This document shows positions 8,890 through 16,370 of a stretch of 53,736 nucleotides of DNA, piece by piece (within the stretch, counting starts at the first letter, position 1; the number at the start of each line of letters is the position of its first letter). Below the pieces are notes generated by a model, which was not told the origin of the DNA, searched no databases, and saw only the letters and a program-made list of their open reading frames with translations. A program made the translations under genes and the position numbers. The DNA comes from Candidatus Bathyarchaeota archaeon (GTDB taxonomy: Archaea; Thermoproteota; Bathyarchaeia; 40CM-2-53-6), in contig VBBR01000027.1 of assembly GCA_005881615.1 (NCBI GenBank), forward strand, positions 1 to 53,736, given 5' to 3'.

Positions 8890-9213
8890 CTAGCTGTTCT
8901 CCCGCCATGTGGCTCCGCAGTTGGTACATCTAAAGAATTGGGTCGAGGACTCGTCTCCACCTCTCGTCTGGACGAGCCAGTAGAACGCCTCGTGATTGTT
9001 GCACTTCGGGCATTCAGCCTTGGTCTTCGGAAGGGTCCGTATCTTCTGTTCTTCGCGGCCTATGACGACGATTTTCTCTCTCTCGTGGGCCAGCCTGCTG
9101 ACCTGCTTGTCGCCGCGGTTGCTCGTGTAACCGCACTTTCCGCAGGCCATGAACACCTTCTTCTCTCTCTTGGCGGGTAATAGCGTGGACCCGCATTTCG
9201 GACAGAACTGCAA
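8890..9213 (-). CDS. tfs: Transcription factor S (TFS; RpoM-like)
   Basis: 107 aa. N-terminal Zn ribbon CPKCG..CGKCG and C-terminal TFIIS-type ribbon CPKCNNHEAFYWLVQTRGGDESSTQFFRCTNCG. Confidence 0.9.
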   Translation of the reverse strand: MQFCPKCGSTLLPAKREKKVFMACGKCGYTSNRGDKQVSRLAHEREKIVVIGREEQKIRTLPKTKAECPKCNNHEAFYWLVQTRGGDESSTQFFRCTNCGATWRENS

Positions 9214-9255
9214 AACACGTTCGTCTCGTATAGGGACGGGCGACGAATTTATTTG

Positions 9256-9744
9256 TTAGCTTGGAAAGGCGTGTTTTTCTCGAAAGAATCTCGATCTGCC
9301 GAGTAAGTGAGCGATGCGCAGGGGCTCAGGAAGCGTTCCTGTAGTCCAGGTTGCGGAGAGTATTTCCTGAACCGTCCTAGGCACAAGGGAACTCCTTACC
9401 TCCAACTCTTTCCTGCCAACCTTGTATGGTTTGAAACCGTTTGGATTCCTCTTTCTCACCGAGTTGACTTGAATGACTGGCAGCCTGGTAAACCTCTCTA
9501 TGACCTCGGTGTCGAGTCGCGTTTCGGGATCATGAGTCATAATCAATCTGAGCTCCGGAAAAAATCTCGTTTCAAAAATCGCAGATCCAATTGACTTGCT
9601 GTTTAGAGTTAGATTGGACGGAAAGACCTCAACCCCGTCCATGTATACACCGCCCCTCACGATTGCACCCACCAAATGCTGGGGGTTGCATAGGTCGAGT
9701 CCGAGTGTCCTAATCTCCTTCTTGACGATGAGTTTACGCGTCAT
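9256..9744 (-). CDS. DUF99/UPF0215 family protein (endonuclease V-like fold)
   Basis: 162 aa. IRTLGLD..LVGAIVRGGVYMDGV ... LRLIMTHD ... LPVIQV ... LPEPLRIAHLL follows the DUF99 pattern as I remember it. Confidence 0.5.
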   Translation of the reverse strand: MTRKLIVKKEIRTLGLDLCNPQHLVGAIVRGGVYMDGVEVFPSNLTLNSKSIGSAIFETRFFPELRLIMTHDPETRLDTEVIERFTRLPVIQVNSVRKRNPNGFKPYKVGRKELEVRSSLVPRTVQEILSATWTTGTLPEPLRIAHLLGRSRFFREKHAFPS

Positions 9745-10109
9745 GGTTGCTTTCGAAGCTTGGATAAGGCCACGTCCGCTAAGACTGAGAAGTTCTTGCT
9801 AGGGTCAAGATTCACTGCCTTGAGACATGATACGATCTCTTCAAGTGTGATCATTTTCTGCAACCACGCGTGCCCCAGTAAAGCTTCCAGACTGTTAGCG
9901 ACGTCTCCTCGGCCCACTCTTCTCGGTAGGAGCTTCCTCAATCCAGCTCTTGCCGCTGCATCTGCGAGGATCTTGTCTTGGACCTTCGTTCCCCTCGGCC
10001 GACCGGTGGTTTCCGTTAGGGCGATCGAGTAAGCGAAGTTCAGAAGGGAGTCTCCGAACTGAGCGAGCCCAGCGTCTGTTAGAATTTTCCCAAGAGCATC
10101 ATCGTTCAT
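9741..10109 (-). CDS. RNase III-like domain protein (single-domain, no dsRBD)
   Basis: 122 aa. FGDSLLNFAYSIAL resembles the RNase III signature (EFLGDSVLN). DVANSLEALLGHAWL resembles the second catalytic motif (DxxEAxxGA). Has a 4-nt overlap with the DUF99 gene. Confidence 0.45.
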   Translation of the reverse strand: MNDDALGKILTDAGLAQFGDSLLNFAYSIALTETTGRPRGTKVQDKILADAAARAGLRKLLPRRVGRGDVANSLEALLGHAWLQKMITLEEIVSCLKAVNLDPSKNFSVLADVALSKLRKQP

Positions 10110-10140
10110 TGCGATTACCGTGAGACCAGACGATTACCGC

Positions 10141-10830
10141 TCATTTGAAGAGGACAGATGGTAACACGTTGAGCGAGGCTATTATCATGTCCGCTCCTGC
10201 CTCCTCTAATTCTTCTCGTGAATAGAATCCTTGCGGCAACCCGATTGTTCTGGTTCCCGCCCGCTTTCCGCCCAGCATATCCACAGGCTCATCTCCGACC
10301 ACAACGCATTCTTTCGGTGCGAGATGAAAGTCATCGATGGCTTTGAGGTAGGGTTGGGGTGATGGCTTGAACTCTGAAAAATGGTCCGGGGTAATCGCGG
10401 AGCGGAAATAGTCTCCAAGCTTCCAAGAGTCCAAACGCCTCGTGAGCCGTGTCTCTCGGACGAAGGTCACTAACCCCATCACGAATCCGTTCTGTTGAAG
10501 CCGTTCCAATATTCCAACTAGATCGTTCCCAGGCCCTGTCTCATCCATTTTTGTGTCGAGCTTCTCGAAGAAACGCGAGCGAACCTCCTCGTCGCGCTCA
10601 AGTCCTCGTTCTCTGGCGAGGGAGACGGCGATTCCGCTTATCTTGATGGTCCCCTTTGCTCGGCCGCCTCTGATCTCGTTTCTTGCCAGCTCAAGAGCCT
10701 CGTATCCTGTGACCGAGAGATTGAATTCTCCGAGTGTCTCTTCGATTATGGAAATCCAGAGCCTCCAGTCTCCGTATAGAGTGCCATCAAAATCGAAGAT
10801 GATGCCCTTCAACGGCAGAGGGCGGTCCAA
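10141..10830 (-). CDS. HAD-superfamily hydrolase (phosphatase)
   Basis: 229 aa. Motif I IIFDFDGTL and motif IV VVVGDEPVDMLGGKRAG. Confidence 0.8.
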   Translation of the reverse strand: MDRPLPLKGIIFDFDGTLYGDWRLWISIIEETLGEFNLSVTGYEALELARNEIRGGRAKGTIKISGIAVSLARERGLERDEEVRSRFFEKLDTKMDETGPGNDLVGILERLQQNGFVMGLVTFVRETRLTRRLDSWKLGDYFRSAITPDHFSEFKPSPQPYLKAIDDFHLAPKECVVVGDEPVDMLGGKRAGTRTIGLPQGFYSREELEEAGADMIIASLNVLPSVLFK

Positions 10831-10837
10831 CGGGAGG

Positions 10838-11131
10838 TTAACTTTCAGCTTCGGCGGTTACTGCGGCACTGAATTTTTCTATGAACTCGTCAGTGTCCTG
10901 GTGGACCTTTTTCGCGGCTCGCTCCAAGGCTTTTTCGGCAGATGATTCGCCTTTCATTCTTAGTGTTATGATGGGTCTGGTGAAGAGCGGGTGGGGAAGG
11001 TCGTAGCCTGCCCAGTCAACAGTCTTGTCTTCTAGAAGAGCGGCTTGCATGAGATGCCCGAAAGTGTGGCCTTCACCTTCGACCTCGACTTTGAGGAATC
11101 CTTTCGATTTCTTCAACACGTTGACTTTCAA
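10838..11131 (-). CDS. rpoL: DNA-directed RNA polymerase subunit L (Rpo11)
   Basis: 97 aa. EGEGHTFGHLMQAALLED...YDLPHPL is the classic RpoL core. Linked to csl4 as in most archaea. Confidence 0.85.
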   Translation of the reverse strand: MKVNVLKKSKGFLKVEVEGEGHTFGHLMQAALLEDKTVDWAGYDLPHPLFTRPIITLRMKGESSAEKALERAAKKVHQDTDEFIEKFSAAVTAEAES

Positions 11132-11706
11132 CTTGGCACGTTTCCTCCAGCTCCAAAGTCGTCGGTCAACCGTCTTCTTTCAACGTTCAGGCACTGCGTA
11201 CACCGGAGAATTCTTCCCGACAGTACGAGTTCACCGCCGCACCTAGAGCAGTAGGCTTTGATCACGCCCATGTCCCGTCCGACAGTCGTCAGTTTGGGTA
11301 TACGCTGGCTTACATCGATGACCTTGCCACGAATGATGTCGTTGGGTTTGCAGACATCACCCATGAACCGCTCGAATCTCGGACTGGAATTCGAAATGTG
11401 CAGCATGCCCGTGAAAGGTGGTTGCAGCTTGTGGCCATCAACTACGACAATGTTGATGATGGCCATTTTCTCTTGGACCTTTTCGACAACACCGATGATC
11501 GTGGAGCCTTCCTCAGGGACGACAGGGGGGCCGGCGGAGGCTCTTACCGAAACTATGTGACGGGTGGAATCGACTGCTGCTACTCCAGTCGCGGCCGAGT
11601 AGACTGTTCCGTCTACCTCGGTTGTTCCACGGCCGGGCATGAACTCCTCTACAACGCCAAGCTTTACTCCCGGAACGACGAACTGCCCGTCCAGCTTCTT
11701 TATCAT
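11128..11706 (-). CDS. csl4: Exosome complex RNA-binding subunit Csl4
   Basis: 192 aa. S1 domain (GMLHISNSS...GDVCKPNDIIRGKVI) plus C-terminal Zn ribbon CSRCGG..CTQC. Confidence 0.85.
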   Translation of the reverse strand: MIKKLDGQFVVPGVKLGVVEEFMPGRGTTEVDGTVYSAATGVAAVDSTRHIVSVRASAGPPVVPEEGSTIIGVVEKVQEKMAIINIVVVDGHKLQPPFTGMLHISNSSPRFERFMGDVCKPNDIIRGKVIDVSQRIPKLTTVGRDMGVIKAYCSRCGGELVLSGRILRCTQCLNVERRRLTDDFGAGGNVPS

Positions 11707-11857
11707 GGCTATTCTAGTAACCTTTCAGGAACAGGATTATTTCGGTGGGCCCGATTCTTATACCCTTGTCTTGAGATAAGACAATGCCGCGTAATTCGTA
11801 CCCCTAGTTATCACATGGGGTCGGGCTGGACTGCGAGCCGAGAAATGGATGCTTTTA

Positions 11858-12826
11858 TTACATCTTTTGCCCGCATTCGGGACAGAATTTGGTCCCGGCA
11901 GCGACAGATTTTCCACAGTTGGGGCAGGGCGTCATGGCCTGAGCAGGGGCGGGGACGAACATGGTTGCTCCACAGTTCGGGCAGAACCTCGCGCCCTGTT
12001 GAACCCCGTTTCCGCACTTGGGGCATGCGACGAGTGCGGCCTGGGGCTGCACTGAGGGTTGCATCTGCGCGTTCATCACTTGGGGTATGAGCATCATCCC
12101 CGATCCGAAGCCTGCGCCAGGAGAGGAGCCGATGCTTGAACCAATGTCCTTAGCGGTCTCCATTCTCAGCACGTCTGATGTGGCTGCTTTCTGCTTGATC
12201 CAGAAGAGTCGGTCTCGGAACTGGTCGGAGGTATCGATTCCTTCGAACTTGAAATCAACAAGGTCGGTGCCGATTCTTTTCAGAGCATCGTTGATGTTGA
12301 CCTTTACGGTTACCGATGCCTTGTCAAGCTGTGTGAAGGCTGTTTGAAGATCATACTTGGACATTTCATCGATGACTCGTTCGTTGATGAATCCTCGGAT
12401 GAAATCGTCCACTTGCGGAGTGCTAAAGGCACCCTGTCCTCCAACAACCTCGTTAACGAACAGGTTCGAGTCGGTTATCCTAAGCCAAGCTGTCCCGTGA
12501 ACCATCAACGGAGCCAGCTCCGTTGTCTGGGCCTTCGCGCCCCACTTGCCAGCGAACTGTTTCGTGGAGACGTATATCACCGTGGCAGTGAATGGGGTCT
12601 TGCCGCCGAAGAATATCCGGTATGCTGAGGTTATGAGAGGTAGGTTGAGTGTTGTAAGGGTGTGTCGTCCCGGCGGGAAAACGTCGTAGGCTTTGCCGTC
12701 TCTTAGGAAGACTGCTGTCTCATACTCGTGAACTACCAGTTGGGCGGCGTTTGTTATTTCTTCTACCGGGTATCGCCAGACGATATCGTCTGGACCTGCT
12801 GCTCTCCATTCTATGACCTGTGGCAT
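11858..12826 (-). CDS. SPFH/Band-7 family protein of the YdjI-like (Band_7_1) type with a C-terminal double zinc ribbon
   Basis: 322 aa. VIEWRAAGPDDIVWRYP..AQLVVHEYETAVFLRDGKAYDVFPPGRHTLTTLNLPL... is the YdjI-type SPFH N-terminus. The C-terminus carries CPKCG..CPNCG and CPNCG..CPECG (11861-12025). Confidence 0.7.
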   Translation of the reverse strand: MPQVIEWRAAGPDDIVWRYPVEEITNAAQLVVHEYETAVFLRDGKAYDVFPPGRHTLTTLNLPLITSAYRIFFGGKTPFTATVIYVSTKQFAGKWGAKAQTTELAPLMVHGTAWLRITDSNLFVNEVVGGQGAFSTPQVDDFIRGFINERVIDEMSKYDLQTAFTQLDKASVTVKVNINDALKRIGTDLVDFKFEGIDTSDQFRDRLFWIKQKAATSDVLRMETAKDIGSSIGSSPGAGFGSGMMLIPQVMNAQMQPSVQPQAALVACPKCGNGVQQGARFCPNCGATMFVPAPAQAMTPCPNCGKSVAAGTKFCPECGQKM

Positions 12827-13368
12827 TACTGTTGGACTCCTAGGATTACGTCTTTGCGTCCATTATACGCGGTCTCGAGCGCGTCGACGGCTTTCATCGC
12901 GACGGAGATCTTGCCCTTCGCGTCCTGAACATGTCCATTGTCCACAGAATCTTTGAGCCCTTGAATGGCGGTCGTTACACTGTCGGTCATTTGTAGGAGT
13001 TGATAGTCATAGTCCATCATCCGGTCCAAGTCAGGCTCCTTGACCTTTGTGACATCAAAGAAGCCGGCGTATCCGTACTCCGAATGATTGATCCGTTCAA
13101 CAACCCTATCGAGCCGAGCCATTAGATGATCCGTGTCGTCCCACGTGTCGTTGATACCCTGGTTGACCAGAGACCTGTATGTGTCCTTTGCTTGTGATTC
13201 TGCACTGGACAGTTTCTGGTAGATCTGGTTTCTGAGAAGCTTATCTGACTCACGACGTATCTCTTTCTCCTTATATCCATGAAATCCGGGGATAAGGAGC
13301 ATGACTTTCTCCTGGAGATTGGTCTGGGACTTTGCCCTGTCGTAAAAAGAACTGCTCGGCTGGCTCAA
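12826..13368 (-). CDS. Hypothetical helical protein, translationally coupled to the SPFH gene
   Basis: 180-aa ORF with a TTG start. Its stop shares 1 nt with the SPFH start. Predicted all-helical, and I recognise no family motif. Confidence 0.5.
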   Translation of the reverse strand: MSQPSSSFYDRAKSQTNLQEKVMLLIPGFHGYKEKEIRRESDKLLRNQIYQKLSSAESQAKDTYRSLVNQGINDTWDDTDHLMARLDRVVERINHSEYGYAGFFDVTKVKEPDLDRMMDYDYQLLQMTDSVTTAIQGLKDSVDNGHVQDAKGKISVAMKAVDALETAYNGRKDVILGVQQ

Positions 13369-13605
13369 CCTGGAACCATTCCCTGATGGTCAGTTTCCTG
13401 TGCTACGTTACTTTTAAGGGTGTCAAAACCAACGCGCGCGAAATACGAGACTAGCAGTCTTTTCCGATTTCTTCCTGTGACACTCCGGTTGGATCGACTA
13501 GACAAGAGTTCGTCTCTGAAACTGGGAAAAATAGGTGACGATTAGTCTATCGCACTAGTTACAGAACGGCTATGTCGTGATTGGCGAGTTGAAGGCTTTA
13601 CGCAG

Positions 13606-13971
13606 ATGAAGACTGTCAACCAGGAAGAACCAGTTGCACGCAGCCGTTTCATAGACTGTCCCAACTGCAAGACGCATACTCTCAAGCTCAAGAGAATCGT
13701 CCAAGCCGGACGATGCAAGAGCTGCCACGAGTCATACAAGATCATAATAGTATACGTCAAGGAAGGAAAGAAACCGAAGCCCGCGACGAAAATAGAATCT
13801 GGAAATTCTGCACCGAGCCCCGACACAACACTACCGTCCTGGCAGGTGCCCTCAGACAGTTCCCTCTTCGGAGCTTCGTCGGCCGAAACAAATTCGACCC
13901 TCTCCGATGTTAGTTCTATTTTCGGAGAGGAAGACAGGAACAGAGAGACTTCGACGGGCAGCGAACAATAG
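13606..13971 (+). CDS. Small zinc-ribbon protein with a disordered Ser/Pro-rich tail
   Basis: 121 aa. CPNCK..17..CKSCH ribbon. Divergent from the SPFH operon. Confidence 0.45.
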   Translation: MKTVNQEEPVARSRFIDCPNCKTHTLKLKRIVQAGRCKSCHESYKIIIVYVKEGKKPKPATKIESGNSAPSPDTTLPSWQVPSDSSLFGASSAETNSTLSDVSSIFGEEDRNRETSTGSEQ

Positions 13972-14243
13972 AAGTCTCACTCCCGGGGTAAACTCTCGGC
14001 CACATGGATTCATCGGGAACCGCTCATGCCACGCAAGATGCCTGAAACATACCTCACTTTTTCACGGGCAGATTTTCTCTCTGGCCTGGATTTTGGCGAC
14101 TCCCGCGGTTCAAGTTACAATCCGCGCTTGGTTGTAACGGCGAAACCTGCCATTATTTCGGCAAGTCCCGAATGATTCTTGGGGGATAGTTGACCTAGTG
14201 GCCTTAGAATCGACATCAGGCCTGATAACGGACGATTTTCATG

Positions 14244-14470
14244 AAACCAGAAGGTCGCAGCAACCCCTCATACAACTCGAAGCTCACTCGCTAAGACCCC
14301 CTATTTCCTAAAACACTCGTTGACGGATAGGGATTCCAGGCGAGTCCTACTGATCAGAGCGCAATTCTGGCTTGGATCGCTTGGCGAAAACGGCGACTTA
14401 GCCCAATGAATCTAAGGGTGCTCTTGAAGTGACCTCCCGGATCGCCGAACAGGGTTCATTTTGGGCTTAG
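14244..14470 (+). repeat. Intergenic repeat family, copy A (non-coding; MITE-like or sRNA gene)
   Basis: Colinear with 29203-29425. I count about 75% identity over the right-hand 115 nt. Stops interrupt every frame that is open in copy B. Confidence 0.75.
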
Positions 14471-14498
14471 AAACACGGGCAGTCTGAAGACGGCACGC

Positions 14499-15128
14499 TT
14501 ACCACCGATCATTGTGGACGAATTTCTCGATAGGCTTCCGAATAGGATGACCGAGTCTAACCGCTGGATACCCAAGGTAGACCAGACAGGCTACCTTAAC
14601 GTGCTCGGGAATCCCGAGGATTCTCTTCACCTCAGGCTCTCCACGGGCCGAGGTTGATCCGTGAACGGTTAGGCATGTAGCCAGACCTATGGCATGGGCT
14701 GCCAGCATGAGGTTCTGGACGGCGGGATAGATACTTGCATACATGACCTCCTCACTTTTGCCAACACGGCTGAGATCAACGCAACAATAGATTATTACAG
14801 GCACTTTCTCGGTGTTCCGAAGCATCTCGGTAGCCTCATCGTAAACATCGCGCATTCGAAGAGACATTCCCGTGCCACTGGCGAGCCTGGCAAGCCAAGT
14901 CCTTAACATTGGCTCCATGAGACGAGCTTTCACATTCTCGTCCCGAACTACAACAAATTCCCACGGCTGAGTATTGCTTCCGGAGGCTGCTTTTGACGCA
15001 GACTCGAGGACGATTTTCAATTTGTCCTCGGGGATCGGGTCAGGCTTGAATTTTCTGACTGACCTAAGAGAGTTGATCCCGTCTAGTAGAGACATCTCAC
15101 TCGGCATGACGATGCGGACCCCACTCAA
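14499..15128 (-). CDS. Nitroreductase family protein
   Basis: 209 aa. SVRKFKPDPIPEDKLKIVLESASKAASGSNTQPWEFVVV is the canonical nitroreductase N-terminus. Confidence 0.85.
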   Translation of the reverse strand: MSGVRIVMPSEMSLLDGINSLRSVRKFKPDPIPEDKLKIVLESASKAASGSNTQPWEFVVVRDENVKARLMEPMLRTWLARLASGTGMSLRMRDVYDEATEMLRNTEKVPVIIYCCVDLSRVGKSEEVMYASIYPAVQNLMLAAHAIGLATCLTVHGSTSARGEPEVKRILGIPEHVKVACLVYLGYPAVRLGHPIRKPIEKFVHNDRW

Positions 15129-15165
15129 GGTTAAAGACTCTCGCGCCCTAACATGACATCATCAA

Positions 15166-15744
15166 TTGTCTAGTTCTCAAAATGAGCGATTGAAAATCGC
15201 GGTCGACCTCGACGGGGTCCTAGCTGAGACGATGGAAGCGTGGTGCAAGCGCGCCAACGAGTTCCTAGGCACGAGCTTCAAGCTTGCCGATCTCGACACG
15301 TGGGCGTCTTGGCGAAAACTGGGAATTACCAGGGAACAGTTTTTCCAGTTCTTGGACGAAGCATGGGATGACTGGGAAAGCATCCCACCGACAGAACCGA
15401 GACTGACGGAAAAAGTCCGAAAAATAGCCCGCTCGGGACAAATCGATGTCGTGACAGGACGAAGCAAAGAGAGCGTCAGCGCAGCCAAGAGCTGGCTCGC
15501 CGAGCACAAGATACCATACCAGCGATTCGTACGCGTCCCAGGATGGAGAGACAAGATATTCCTAAACTATGATGTCTACATCGACGACGCCCCAGAACTG
15601 ATGCCCTTGATCTCACGCAACCCGAAAATGTGGGGAATACTATACAGCCGGCCATGGAACAGAACAGTCCCCGAACTACGCAAAGTCTTCAGAGTCGAAA
15701 GCTGGACAGAAATCTCGAAACTGCTCGAACAAATACGACAGTGA
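15166..15744 (+). CDS. HAD-superfamily 5'(3')-deoxyribonucleotidase-like protein (NT5C family)
   Basis: 192 aa. KIAVDLDGVLAE DxDxV motif and YIDD near the C-terminus. Confidence 0.6.
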   Translation: MSSSQNERLKIAVDLDGVLAETMEAWCKRANEFLGTSFKLADLDTWASWRKLGITREQFFQFLDEAWDDWESIPPTEPRLTEKVRKIARSGQIDVVTGRSKESVSAAKSWLAEHKIPYQRFVRVPGWRDKIFLNYDVYIDDAPELMPLISRNPKMWGILYSRPWNRTVPELRKVFRVESWTEISKLLEQIRQ

Positions 15745-15887
15745 GACTAGAATACAAGCCTCTGACTCCGAACCACCCACGGACTCAGCGAGAAGAAATA
15801 AACGCGATGGCGCGTCAGGAAAAATCCTCCCTTGGAATCTTTATACCGAATCACCTCTCCGCTTAGGCTTCCGGGAAAGGTCTGACA

Positions 15888-16298
15888 GTGAAAAGCGATT
15901 ACAACATTCCAGAAGATGTCTATTACACGAAAGAGCACGAATGGGTCCGACTTGAAGGAGACAAGTGCAGAGTAGGAGTGACCGACTATGCCCAGAACTC
16001 ATTGCACGAAGTCGTCTACGTGGACCTCCCGAAAGTAGGCTTGAAGGTGGCGCAGATGCAGAGCCTCGGCACGGTCGAATCGGTAAAAGCCGTTGCTGAC
16101 GTCTACTCTCCAATCTCTGGCATGGTGCTGGAAGTGAACAACACGCTCTCAGACGCTCCTGAGCTGATCAACAAGAGCCCCTATGGTGAGGGATGGATCA
16201 CGATGATCAGACCAGAGGATTTGAAAAAGGAGCTGCCAGGTCTTATGAAACCCCCTGACTACAAGGACTTTTTGAAGAAAATAACCGAGAAGAAATAA
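15888..16298 (+). CDS. gcvH: Glycine cleavage system H protein (lipoyl carrier)
   Basis: 136 aa. Lipoyl-lysine motif GTVESVKAVADVYSPISG and SPYGEGW. Confidence 0.9.
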   Translation: MKSDYNIPEDVYYTKEHEWVRLEGDKCRVGVTDYAQNSLHEVVYVDLPKVGLKVAQMQSLGTVESVKAVADVYSPISGMVLEVNNTLSDAPELINKSPYGEGWITMIRPEDLKKELPGLMKPPDYKDFLKKITEKK

Positions 16299-16370
16299 GG
16301 ATCAGAAGAACGATACTTTTGGTCGCCTAGGAAGTTTATCTTCGAGGTTCGCGACCCTATCAGCTACGCA

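Noticed and set aside
8831-8929. 33-codon N-terminal extension of PCNA in the ORF track
   Set aside because: It would overlap tfs by 40 nt and precedes a canonical PCNA start (MFKATMNDARLF). I annotated the shorter form.
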